This document shows, one piece after another, positions 55,215 to 64,000 of a stretch of DNA of 64,000 nt. The stretch spans positions 320,001 to 384,000 of the forward strand of contig CAXXXF010000016.1 of the NCBI GenBank assembly GCA_963667175.2, given 5' to 3'. The position numbers and the translations under genes are program-made. Source of the DNA: Candidatus Latescibacterota bacterium (GTDB lineage: Bacteria > Latescibacterota > UBA2968 > GCA-2709665). Within the stretch, counting starts at the first letter, position 1. Each line of letters opens with the position of its first letter. The notes below the pieces were generated by a model. It searched no databases. It was given only the letters and a program-made list of their open reading frames with translations, and was not told where the DNA came from.

Positions 55215-55699
55215 GTGTCTTCTCCGTGGTCAAGCTTGAATCTGCGTAGACCGGATTCCGGTACGTCTATCCGGATGCTCAACGCCCGCGGAGGCAGCAG
55301 GGATCCCGCGCGCTCCGCCCATTCGATCAGGCAGATGCCGTTACCTGAAAGATAGTCGTCCCACCCGAGGTCGATGAGCGACTCGACGTCCGGCAGCCTG
55401 TACAGATCGAAGTGGTAGACGGATATCGGACGCAATGCGGCGTCGTGGCCGCGGTACTCATTCACCAGAATAAACGTGGGACTGGTCACCCGGTCCGAGA
55501 CTTTCAACCCTTCACAGATGCCCTGCGCAAGGCAGGTCTTGCCGCTGCCGAGTTCTCCGATCAGTCCGACACAGTCACCCCGGCGCAAACGTACGGACAA
55601 CTCCCTTCCGAACGCTCGTGTCTGGTCCGGCGACGCGGACTTGAACTCTTCGCCAGGGTCCCGTCCCAAAATTACCTCACCATTCTTCCGCCGATTCAT
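55211..55699 (-). CDS. tsaE: tRNA threonylcarbamoyladenosine biosynthesis ATPase TsaE
   Basis: GELGSGKT, VTSPTFILVNEY, HFDLYRL, LIEWAE. Confidence 0.95.
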   Translation of the reverse strand: MNRRKNGEVILGRDPGEEFKSASPDQTRAFGRELSVRLRRGDCVGLIGELGSGKTCLAQGICEGLKVSDRVTSPTFILVNEYRGHDAALRPISVYHFDLYRLPDVESLIDLGWDDYLSGNGICLIEWAERAGSLLPPRALSIRIDVPESGLRRFKLDHGEDT

Positions 55700-55720
55700 C
55701 CCGTCTGTTGACGTTGCTCG

Positions 55721-55739
55721 CGCTGAGCTTGTCGAAGTG
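55721..55739. repeat. Single degenerate REP-like arm
   Basis: CGCTGAGCTTGTCGAAGTG resembles the widespread CTGAGCTTGTCGAAG REP core; intergenic. Confidence 0.45.
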
Positions 55740-55890
55740 CCATTGCTCGCCGACCTGACACAGGTCGGTGGCGCCTTGCGAGCCGGGCGACTCGACGGCC
55801 GTCTTCAGGCAACTCATTTCCGGGGCGGAACACTTGAGTTCTGCATCCGGATATTCTGGGACGGCGGGGATTCCGGGCAGGCGCCTCCGG

Positions 55891-57456
55891 CTATTTGCCC
55901 CTCAGAACCGCAACCGGCAGGACCATCTCTTCGAGGGATATGCCGCCGTGCTGGAAACTGTTCGCGTAATATCGCTGGTATTCGTTGAATTTCGTGGGAT
56001 AGACGAAATAGTAGTCCTCCCGCGAAATGATGTACGTGGTACCCATCCCCAGATCAGGCAGGCGATAGACATGCGGATCCGCGACGTAAACCGCGTGCCG
56101 GGCGTCGCACCGAAGGTGTTTGCCGTATTTGTATCGGAGATTGGTGGACGTATCGCGGTTTCCGTGCGCGACGGTCGCCCGGGTACTCATCACGCAGCCG
56201 TGGTCGGTTGTCAAGACCACGGTGGTATCTGTTTCGGCCAGCTTTCGCAACATTTCAAACAACGATGAATGGGAAAACCAGGACCGGCTCAACGACCGAT
56301 AGGCGGACTCGTTTGGCGCCATTTCTTTCAGAATATCCGATTCCGACCTCCCATGCGCCAGAATATCCAGGAAATTGAACACCACCGACATCAGGGGAAA
56401 GGACCGGTACGAATGCACCTTTTTGACGAGATGATTGCCCTCCGCGATGTCCAGCACCTTCACGTACCGGGTGTCCAGCGTCAGCGTGGGATCGAGTTCC
56501 TGAATCTGGTGATCGAGGAGCTGGTGCTCGTGCCGGTTTCGGCTGTTGTCGTCGTCCCAGCCCGAACGCCACTCCTGCGGATACAACCTGGCGACGTCGC
56601 TGGGGAAAAGACCGCTGAAAATGGCGTTTCTCGAATAGGGCGTGGCCGTAGGGAGAATGGAGTAATGGTAATGTTGCTCAATATTGAATAGTTCGGACAG
56701 GAGTGGTGCGATTGCCAGCCAGTGATCCAGTCTCATACAGTCCACAACCACGAAGAATACCTGATGACCCTCCTGAAGCGCGGGCAATACGAACTCGCTC
56801 ACCACGTCGACGGATAACACGGGAGAATCCATATCGTCCTGGAGCCAATTGGGATAATTGGCTTCCACGAAGCGTCCGAACGCCCGGTTGCACGCCCGCC
56901 GCAAGTCCTCATGCATCTTTCTCAGCCCGGCGTCGTAAAACCGGTCCAATTCCAGGTCCCACTCGGATAGCTTCACATGGATATCGATCCAATCCTGCCA
57001 GGTCGATTCGCCTGCCATCAAGGCACGGATTCGATTCGACACGGCGGCGTAATCCAGCCCCATTCGCCCCGTCACAATCTGGCGTGCATCGAGCAGCTTT
57101 TTGCAAGCCGAAAGAATCTGGCTGGGATTCACAGGTTTGGTCAGATAATCGTCGATCCGGTGGCCCAGCGCTTCCTCCATCAGGCGCTCCTCTTCATTCT
57201 TCGTTATCATGATGACGGGGATGTCGGGGTTGATTTCCTTGATCATTGCAAGCGTGGAAAGCCCGCCTCGACCCGCCATCATTTCATCCAGAAGGACGAT
57301 GTCGAAACCCCGTTGCTTCACCATAGCGATGGCGTCGTCCCCGTTCGTCACAGGCGTGACTTTATAGCCGCGTGAACCGAGAAACATCGTATGCGACCTC
57401 AAGAGGTCGATTTCGTCGTCTGCCCACAGAACCTGCTTTTCTTTCATGGCGTTCAT
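55891..57456 (-). CDS. PorX-like response regulator: receiver domain + PglZ (alkaline phosphatase superfamily) domain
   Basis: LWADDEIDLL, LLDEMM, MITK, YLTKPVNP.Q; PglZ motifs VVDCMR.D.W, ILPTAT.YSRNAIFSG, NFLD.L.H, TTDHG, FQHGGISLEEM. Confidence 0.9.
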   Translation of the reverse strand: MNAMKEKQVLWADDEIDLLRSHTMFLGSRGYKVTPVTNGDDAIAMVKQRGFDIVLLDEMMAGRGGLSTLAMIKEINPDIPVIMITKNEEERLMEEALGHRIDDYLTKPVNPSQILSACKKLLDARQIVTGRMGLDYAAVSNRIRALMAGESTWQDWIDIHVKLSEWDLELDRFYDAGLRKMHEDLRRACNRAFGRFVEANYPNWLQDDMDSPVLSVDVVSEFVLPALQEGHQVFFVVVDCMRLDHWLAIAPLLSELFNIEQHYHYSILPTATPYSRNAIFSGLFPSDVARLYPQEWRSGWDDDNSRNRHEHQLLDHQIQELDPTLTLDTRYVKVLDIAEGNHLVKKVHSYRSFPLMSVVFNFLDILAHGRSESDILKEMAPNESAYRSLSRSWFSHSSLFEMLRKLAETDTTVVLTTDHGCVMSTRATVAHGNRDTSTNLRYKYGKHLRCDARHAVYVADPHVYRLPDLGMGTTYIISREDYYFVYPTKFNEYQRYYANSFQHGGISLEEMVLPVAVLRGK

Positions 57457-58808
57457 GCTCCGGGCCGTTGAGACGCCTTCCGATCATCCTCCGGCCTCAC
57501 GGGTAGTGAGATGAGGAACGTAGTACCCATTCCCGGCAGACTTTCCTGTACGGAAATCCTGCCGCGGTGATAGTCTTCGACAATCCGCTTGACGAAGGCC
57601 AGCCCCAGTCCCCAACCCCGGTCCTTCGTACTGTAGCCGGGGAGAAAGACCTGCTTGATCAGATGGGGCTGAATCCCTTTGCCATTGTCCCGAACCCGGA
57701 CGTCCACCCACTCGCCCTCCGACCGGACGTCCGCTGAGATTTCGATCTTCCCGCCCTTGCCTTCCATGGCGTCAGCGGCGTTCTTGAACAGGTTTTCGAA
57801 TGCCCAGCCCAACAACTGCCGATTCAACGGAACCGGTGGAACGTCGTAGTCGCGCTGTACGATCTGAACCTCCCGCGAGAGCCGGCCGCGCAGATAGGAT
57901 GCCGTCTCCTCGACCACGCGGCGAAGGTCCTCGAGACGAAGCTCGGGAGTGGAGCCGATCAGGCTGAAACGGGAGACGATCTTGTTCAACCGGCTGGTAT
58001 CCTCCTCCATCGCGACCACGATCTGGTCGAACCGCCTGCGCGTGTCATCATCCACCGGACCCGACGAATGCTCGAGTTCCGTTTTCATCAACTCGATCCA
58101 GCCGTAAAGCGAGGAGAGCGGCGTGCCGAGCTGGTGGGCGGTCTCGCGGGCCATCCCGATCCAGATCGACCGCTGCTCGCTGTTTTTCAGATTGCGAAAA
58201 CCGAGATAGCCCACGCCGACAAAGAGCGCCGTTACGCAAAGCGCAACCCAGGGAAGCCACGCCAACCGCCGTACCAGGGGTGAGTCGCCATAGTGCAGCA
58301 CGCGCGGGCCGATCTGCGGGATTTCAAACGAATACGGCGGATTCTCGTTATCCAGGCGCCGAACGATCCGTTCCATCTGTTTCCGGTCGTCGGGACCGAG
58401 GTCGCCCGGGTTGCCCTGCGGTATCTCGATCGCTTTCCACATATGGGGTTCGCCGTTCTCACCGGTAATGACCACGGGGAAATTGGCGTTCTTTATGGTC
58501 TGAAAGATAGAATTGACGTCAAGGTCTCTGACAACCACGGTATCCTGGGTGGCCATCCCGTAGAAGAAAGCCAGCCGCTTGATAATGTCGCGCGAATCCC
58601 GACGCATCGGATCCACAACGAAGATCTGCATATAGACCAGAAACGCCAGGATTATGACCGTTGCGGCCAGAAACAGATAAGCTCCCAGGCTGTACGAACT
58701 CTGAAGGCCCACCCTCAGCCGGCCCTTTCGTACCACCGGCGCGCCCATGGGCCCCAGGTACAACGGACCTCCTGTTCGACCTGTGAGATCCCTTGTTTCC
58801 GCGCCCAT
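57453..58808 (-). CDS. Membrane sensor histidine kinase
   Basis: Two TM segments around a periplasmic domain; H-box ARETAHQLGTPLSSL, N-box ENLFKNAADAM, DNGKGI, GWGLGL; AAGGGAG RBS before ATG 58808. Confidence 0.92.
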   Translation of the reverse strand: MGAETRDLTGRTGGPLYLGPMGAPVVRKGRLRVGLQSSYSLGAYLFLAATVIILAFLVYMQIFVVDPMRRDSRDIIKRLAFFYGMATQDTVVVRDLDVNSIFQTIKNANFPVVITGENGEPHMWKAIEIPQGNPGDLGPDDRKQMERIVRRLDNENPPYSFEIPQIGPRVLHYGDSPLVRRLAWLPWVALCVTALFVGVGYLGFRNLKNSEQRSIWIGMARETAHQLGTPLSSLYGWIELMKTELEHSSGPVDDDTRRRFDQIVVAMEEDTSRLNKIVSRFSLIGSTPELRLEDLRRVVEETASYLRGRLSREVQIVQRDYDVPPVPLNRQLLGWAFENLFKNAADAMEGKGGKIEISADVRSEGEWVDVRVRDNGKGIQPHLIKQVFLPGYSTKDRGWGLGLAFVKRIVEDYHRGRISVQESLPGMGTTFLISLPVRPEDDRKASQRPGA

Positions 58809-59228
58809 CGCCGGAGCTCCCTTCTCATAACTCAACGTCTTGGGTATCGTTAAGTTCCGTACCATTCCCCGGACGCCGGCAGCGGATCCGAACTCGCGCG
58901 AACCGGCATATGAACCGCCGGTTTCGATCTTCCGTGGCGGAACCAAATGGAAAGTATCTATAACCGGCCATTCACACAGGAGAATTGCGTCTGTAGAGCG
59001 GTACGGAACGGCAAACGGACGCACAGAGAGTATACGTATTTTGCAAGCATCCAGTCAACCAAAGAAAAAGCGTTTGCATTATCTCTTTCGTATATATATA
59101 TTTGGAATCACTAATTTCCTGGAAGACGCGGCAGGCGCACGGGAACCCGGGTCGGCGTTCGGTCGTCGGATCCTTCGGCGTGGCACTGCCGGTTTGTACA
59201 GGAATACGGAAAGGAGGGAGTCCAGCTT

Positions 59229-59426
59229 ATGGCCAGGGTTGTGGTGAGAGATGACGAGCCCTTTGAAAAAGCACTGAAGAGGTTCAAGAAGACCTGCGAA
59301 AAAGCAGGAATAATGACGGAGATGAAAAAGCATCAGCATTTCGAGAAACCCAGCGAGCGCAGGAAGCGAAAAATCGCGGCCGCAAAGCGGAAGCGCATGA
59401 AATTCGAAACGCGATTCAACCAATAA
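59229..59426 (+). CDS. rpsU: 30S ribosomal protein S21
   Basis: EPFEKALKRFKK.CEKAGI..E.KK..HFEKPS.RRKRK. Confidence 0.96.
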   Translation: MARVVVRDDEPFEKALKRFKKTCEKAGIMTEMKKHQHFEKPSERRKRKIAAAKRKRMKFETRFNQ

Positions 59427-59450
59427 TTCAAATCTATGGGTACAGCAACG

Positions 59451-59491
59451 ACAACCGCACCGATTCGCCTTCGGATGCGGTTGTATTTTTT
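59451..59491 (+). terminator. Intrinsic terminator after rpsU
   Basis: ACAACCGCA..TGCGGTTGT stem followed by ATTTTTT. Confidence 0.75.
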
Positions 59492-59575
59492 CCGTCTCAT
59501 CACTGAGGTCGATGTTTTCTGTTAAAGACATCCCCGGACACCAGGTTTTTTCTTCCGGGCAAGCGGGAGGATCGA

Positions 59576-60214
59576 ATGAACACGGTCGACATGATCTTGC
59601 TGGTTGCGCTCGGCTGGATGGTTATCAGAGGGTGCGGCATGGGCTTGGTTCGCAGCCTGATCGGCCTGCTAAGCTTCGTGCTGGCGTTCGGACTTGCCCT
59701 GGCTTACGGCGGTACGGTATCGCATTGGATTGCGGGTGAGAACGCCGGCCCTGGCCCGGTCATGCTCGGTTTCTTCGGAGTATTTGTATCCATCCTTATC
59801 GCCTGCCACCACGTCGGACGCATTCTGGACAGCCTGCTTGAAGCCACGCCGTTCGGCATTTTGAATACCCTTGGCGGCGGTGCGCTCGGACTGGGGCGAG
59901 GGCTGCTTGTTCTCGGTTTGCTGGTCACGTTGCTGCAGGCCTATCCCTTTCACGCCACGGTAAAAACGCAATTGGACGATTCCGCGCTCGCTCGACCCGT
60001 AAAACAGGCCTTCGTCGTCTTGATGGACGTCGTGAAAGCCGGAGTACCTCAGGCAACCAAGTTGTACCGTTACCTCCTTCCGCAAAGTCCCGAGTCGTCA
60101 ATCCATCCGCTCGTCGACGATGTGACCGAGAAGGCGGGCAGGGCCGGATCCAAGTTGAAGGGACTCATTGAGGACGCTCGTGAGAGAGAGAAGGAAAACC
60201 ATACGGCCCCATAG
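59576..60214 (+). CDS. CvpA (colicin V production) family membrane protein
   Basis: MNTVDMILL...RG..GLVRSL, LN.LGGG.LG..RG, S.LA; GGGAGG RBS. Confidence 0.85.
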   Translation: MNTVDMILLVALGWMVIRGCGMGLVRSLIGLLSFVLAFGLALAYGGTVSHWIAGENAGPGPVMLGFFGVFVSILIACHHVGRILDSLLEATPFGILNTLGGGALGLGRGLLVLGLLVTLLQAYPFHATVKTQLDDSALARPVKQAFVVLMDVVKAGVPQATKLYRYLLPQSPESSIHPLVDDVTEKAGRAGSKLKGLIEDAREREKENHTAP

Positions 60215-60499
60215 TCGGACGCGCAAACCGTAAGACACGCCCGTCGGCAGCACCATGCCGTGGCGCGGTCGGATGGACGAATCGGTCCCCGCGCAGACAC
60301 AACGCGCGCGAGCGTTGCGCAGACCTCCGGATCTGTATTCCACGTCGCGTCTCCGATTTGCACGGATATCTTCGCTTCGCCAGGTAATGCATCCGTGTTT
60401 GACGGTCGATTCGATGAAAACGGAATTCAGGGACCTGCCCGCCCACACCGCCCCCTCCCGGATGACCTGAATCCGATTTTCGATCCGCGATCCCACCCC

Positions 60500-62872
60500 A
60501 TGACCGTTTCCACGAAGACGCTTCAGAACCTCGAGTTCGATAAGATTCTCGGCCTTATCACAAAACGTGCCGTTTCCGTTTCGGGTCGAGACGAGGTCGA
60601 AAGTCTCGCTCCGACTGACAATCCTGATCACATTGAAGGCCGGGTCCGTCCTGTAATCGAAGCCATGAACCTGATCGCCTATGACGATCCCGTACCAATC
60701 GGGCGCATGCCCGACATTCGCGCCGCGGCGAATAACGCCTCCGTACCGGGTACGACGCTCGCCGTCACCGAATTGATTCAGATCGATGAAATCGCCCGCA
60801 TGTCCCGCCGCCTTCTCGGATATTTTCTCAAGCGGAAGGCGAAATATCCCCGGCTCCACGCACTCGCGACAGGGTTGTCCACCCACCCCGAACTGGAAGC
60901 CCGCATTCACCGCGCCATCGACCCCGCTACGGAAACCGTCAAGGATTCCGCAAGTACGGAATTGAGGCGGCTCCGACGAAGCCTGGAAAGAACCCGGTCG
61001 GGCATCCGCAGTTCCGTTGAGAGCATCCTTAACCGGCTCCCCGACGACGTGTTGCAGGAACGACTGATTACGATCCGGAACGGCCGCTTCGTCATCCCGG
61101 TTCGGGAAAACCAGAAACACCGGATGGATGGCCTCGTGCATGATCAGTCGGCCAGCGGCGCCACGCTCTTCGTCGAACCTATGGCCACGCTGGCGCTCAA
61201 CAACCGGCTGCGGCAACTCGAACTGGCCGAACAACAGGAGGTAAAACGCGTCCTTCAGGAACTTACCCGCGGCGTGGGCGAGGTCAGCGGGAGCCTTTTG
61301 GAAAACCTGCGTATTCTGGGAAGATTCGATGCCGTATTCGCGAAGGCCGGCTTTTCACGCGAACTGAAGTGCAGTGAGCCCGTATTCAACCGGGATGGAC
61401 GCCTCGAACTCCACGAGGCACGGCATCCCCTTCTCGTCGACCGCCTGCGCGACGAGAACCGGTCCGATGCCATCGTCCCGCTCGGCCTCGCAATGGACAA
61501 CGACGGCATTCGCACGCTCGTGCTGACCGGGCCGAACGCAGGCGGCAAGACCGTGGCCCTGAAGACCGTCGGCCTGCTTGCGCTGATGGCACAGGCCGGC
61601 CTGCCCGTGCCGACAGCTGAACATTCGCAGTTTCCGATCTTCAACGGCGTCTTTTCGGACATTGGCGATGCTCAGTCCATCGAGAACGATCTCAGCACGT
61701 TCTCCTCTCACGTGTCGAATCTGGTTGAGGTTACGAATCACGCCGAAGCCCGCTCCCTCGTCCTTCTCGACGAAGTCGGCGCCAGTACCGATCCCGACCA
61801 GGGCGCCGCCCTGGCAATGGCCCTCCTGAGTACACTCACCAGACGGGGCTGCCTTACGGTGGCGACAACCCATCACGGCGCCCTCAAGGCCTTTGCCCAC
61901 CGCACGGACGGGATGGCCAACGGCTCGATGGCGTTCGACGCGGCCACCCTGACCCCGACCTTCCAGCTTCGTCTCAATACGCCCGGAAGCAGTTACGCCT
62001 TTGAAATCGCCCGCCGGCTTCAGATGCCGTCCGACGTCGTCGACGAAGCCCGGCGCATCGCGGGAAGCGATATCGGCCGTCTGGAAGCCCTCATCGCGGA
62101 TCTCGACGATACGTACCACCATTATAACGAAGAACTGGAACGAGCGCAGTCCATCCGGGGTGAAGTGGAACGCATGAAGGCGGAATACAGCAGCCGCCTC
62201 GAGGACGTGGACCGGCGTGAACGCGCGCTCAAACGCAACGCGGAGGAGGAAGCCGGACGGATTCTGGACGGCGCCAACGCCCTGATCGAACGCACCGTTT
62301 CCGAACTCAGGCGGCGCAACGCGGACAGGGACTCGATCAAGAAAGCCCGGGCTGAAGTGGCGCAGGCCAGACGCGACCTGACCGATCCGGTCGAGGCGCC
62401 GGCAGCGGCTCTGCCGACGCTCGAACCCGGAAGCCGGGTGCGAGTGCGCAGTCTCGGAAAAGAGGGGACCGTGGCGGCCGGACGGAACGAAGGCTCGCGG
62501 GTATCGGTCGAAGTCGGGAACGTGCGCCTGCAGGTGCAGCGGACGGACCTCGAACCCCTGGAATCCGCCGGCGAGCCGCCTTCCGTGGCAGCCCGCTACG
62601 GACTCACCGCGCCGGACCGTGTCGCCGCCGAAGTGGACTTGAGAGGCATGACCGTGGAAGAGGCCGTTGAAGCCGTCGACAAATACGTCGACGAACTCTA
62701 CCTGGCCGGAATGGAACACGCTAAGGTGATTCACGGGAAAGGCACGGGCGCCCTGCGCAGGGCCATCGGTATCCACCTCCGGCGCCACGAACTCGTCAAG
62801 TCACAGCGTCTCGGACTGCACAACGAGGGCGGCGCCGGCGTCACGGTCATCACGCTCGAGCTGGATTCCTGA
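60500..62872 (+). CDS. mutS2: Endonuclease MutS2 (ribosome-collision splitting factor family)
   Basis: LEFDKI, HDQSASGATLFVEP, TGPNAGGKT, DIGD.QSIENDLSTFSSH, LLDE.G..TDP, TTH, KOW region, Smr domain (DLRGM..IHGKGTGAL). Confidence 0.95.
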   Translation: MTVSTKTLQNLEFDKILGLITKRAVSVSGRDEVESLAPTDNPDHIEGRVRPVIEAMNLIAYDDPVPIGRMPDIRAAANNASVPGTTLAVTELIQIDEIARMSRRLLGYFLKRKAKYPRLHALATGLSTHPELEARIHRAIDPATETVKDSASTELRRLRRSLERTRSGIRSSVESILNRLPDDVLQERLITIRNGRFVIPVRENQKHRMDGLVHDQSASGATLFVEPMATLALNNRLRQLELAEQQEVKRVLQELTRGVGEVSGSLLENLRILGRFDAVFAKAGFSRELKCSEPVFNRDGRLELHEARHPLLVDRLRDENRSDAIVPLGLAMDNDGIRTLVLTGPNAGGKTVALKTVGLLALMAQAGLPVPTAEHSQFPIFNGVFSDIGDAQSIENDLSTFSSHVSNLVEVTNHAEARSLVLLDEVGASTDPDQGAALAMALLSTLTRRGCLTVATTHHGALKAFAHRTDGMANGSMAFDAATLTPTFQLRLNTPGSSYAFEIARRLQMPSDVVDEARRIAGSDIGRLEALIADLDDTYHHYNEELERAQSIRGEVERMKAEYSSRLEDVDRRERALKRNAEEEAGRILDGANALIERTVSELRRRNADRDSIKKARAEVAQARRDLTDPVEAPAAALPTLEPGSRVRVRSLGKEGTVAAGRNEGSRVSVEVGNVRLQVQRTDLEPLESAGEPPSVAARYGLTAPDRVAAEVDLRGMTVEEAVEAVDKYVDELYLAGMEHAKVIHGKGTGALRRAIGIHLRRHELVKSQRLGLHNEGGAGVTVITLELDS

Positions 62873-62923
62873 GTGTGAACGCGGACGTCATACGCCAGTA
62901 CGCGGCAACCGCGCCCGAGCCGT

Positions 62924-62952
62924 TTGACACCTCATCCAGATTCGTCTATATT
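62924..62952 (+). promoter_or_regulatory. Sigma70 promoter for ispG
   Basis: TTGACA-17 nt-TATATT. Confidence 0.75.
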
Positions 62953-63009
62953 AAAACCGATCCCAATACAAGCTCCTTTCCTTATTCTCCTTTCGCCTGA
63001 ATCCGTCCC

Positions 63010-64000
63010 ATGCTGATTACCGACCTACAGACAGATCTTCGGGAATACTGCAACAGCCTCACCGAGTACAGCCGCTACCGGACGCGGGAAGTGGACATTG
63101 GCGGGATTCCCCTTGGCGGAGACAACCCCATCCGCATACAGTCCATGACGACAACGGACACCATGGATACCCTCGCCACGGTTGAACAGTCCGTTCGGAT
63201 CATCGAGGCGGGCGCGGACTACGTGCGCATCACCGCACCCAGCCAGAACGAGGCGCGAAATCTTGAAGTCATACGGAAGGAACTCCGGGCGAGGGGATAC
63301 GAGGCCCCGCTGATCGCCGACATCCATTACACGCCCAATGCGGCGGAAATCGCCGCCCGGATCGTGGAAAAGGTGAGGGTCAACCCCGGCAACTACGCGG
63401 ACAGGAAGAAATTCCAGATCGTGGAGTACACCGACGCGCAATACGCATCCGAGATAGAACGCATCCGGGAAAAGTTCACACCGCTGGTCGTCATCTGTAA
63501 GGAATACGGCACGGCGATGCGCATCGGCGCCAACCATGGCTCCCTGTCCGACCGCATCATGAGCCGGTTCGGCGACACCCCGCTGGGTATGGTTGAATCG
63601 GCGTTGGAATTCACGCGTATCTGTGCGGACCTGGACTACCACGAAATCGTCCTGTCCATGAAAGCCAGCAATCCCCAGGTCATGATCCAGGCCTACCGCC
63701 TCCTCGTCAACCGCATGGAAGCCGAAGGGTTCAACTATCCGCTTCACCTGGGCGTCACCGAGGCAGGCGACGGCGAAGACGGTCGAATCAAGTCCGCCGT
63801 CGGCATCGGCGCCCTCCTGGAAGACGGCCTGGGTGACACCATTCGCGTGTCTCTCACCGAAGAACCCGAAGCCGAGGTCCCTGTCTGCATCCGTCTGGTC
63901 GATCGGTACGCGGCCAGACCCGGGCACCCGCCGATCCCCGCGATCGTACGGAACCCGATCGATCCGTACTCCTATAGCCGTCGCGAGACCCGGCCCGTTG
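63010..64000 (+). CDS. ispG: (E)-4-hydroxy-3-methylbut-2-enyl-diphosphate synthase, long form; 3' end runs off the window
   Basis: Manual translation from ATG 63010: [83 protein letters not shown]. Confidence 0.95.
   Translation, partial: MLITDLQTDLREYCNSLTEYSRYRTREVDIGGIPLGGDNPIRIQSMTTTDTMDTLATVEQSVRIIEAGADYVRITAPSQNEARNLEVIRKELRARGYEAPLIADIHYTPNAAEIAARIVEKVRVNPGNYADRKKFQIVEYTDAQYASEIERIREKFTPLVVICKEYGTAMRIGANHGSLSDRIMSRFGDTPLGMVESALEFTRICADLDYHEIVLSMKASNPQVMIQAYRLLVNRMEAEGFNYPLHLGVTEAGDGEDGRIKSAVGIGALLEDGLGDTIRVSLTEEPEAEVPVCIRLVDRYAARPGHPPIPAIVRNPIDPYSYSRRETRPV

Noticed and set aside
55891-57456. BREX anti-phage system suggested by the PglZ domain
   Set aside because: The PglZ is fused to a receiver domain (PorX type), and no brxC, pglX or brxL is present
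60215-60499. Possible ncRNA or N-terminal extension between cvpA and mutS2
   Set aside because: No recognisable RNA motif; MutS2 homology begins at ATG 60500
63025-63927. 300-aa minus-strand ORF
   Set aside because: Antisense shadow of ispG
1-64000. tRNA, rRNA, CRISPR arrays, IS elements, prophage
   Set aside because: I saw no cloverleaf, periodic direct repeats, transposase, integrase or phage proteins; T-loop-like strings fall inside CDSs. This was checked by eye only

Overview
A GC-rich, gene-dense chromosomal segment with about 45 CDSs. I found no rRNA, tRNA, CRISPR array, transposase, integrase or phage gene. A PorX-like PglZ response regulator next to tsaE, a long-form IspG and abundant Gfo/Idh/MocA and sugar-isomerase genes suggest an uncultured FCB-group bacterium (Latescibacterota/Gemmatimonadota-like); this is inference only. 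1-27 kb holds catabolic genes (GGT-family amidohydrolase, core MetE-like protein, M20 peptidase, acyl-CoA ligase, FGGY kinase, LigC-like dehydrogenase, PhnA, CNT transporter) and a double-length fused UvrA. 27-36 kb holds polysaccharide genes (gmd, an extended CysE-like acyltransferase, GT2/flippase/GT4/DUF3047) and an OGG1-like glycosylase. 36-47 kb holds an ABC exporter with an N-terminal Zn ribbon plus DUF1854, a Rieske-helical fusion, an orphan RND translationally coupled to queC, and a KamA-like radical SAM enzyme. 47-64 kb holds UPF0182-murQ, an atypical ClpX-like ATPase divergent from rqcH, a histidine kinase/PglZ response regulator/tsaE/outer-membrane protein operon, rpsU-cvpA-mutS2, and a partial ispG absent from the ORF track. 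The best candidates for undescribed systems are (i) the HK-PglZ-RR-TsaE-OMP operon, (ii) a clpX-like/rqcH/mutS2 ribosome-quality-control neighbourhood and (iii) the ABC-DUF1854-Rieske-RND-QueC run. All family calls come from motif recognition by eye, with no database search.
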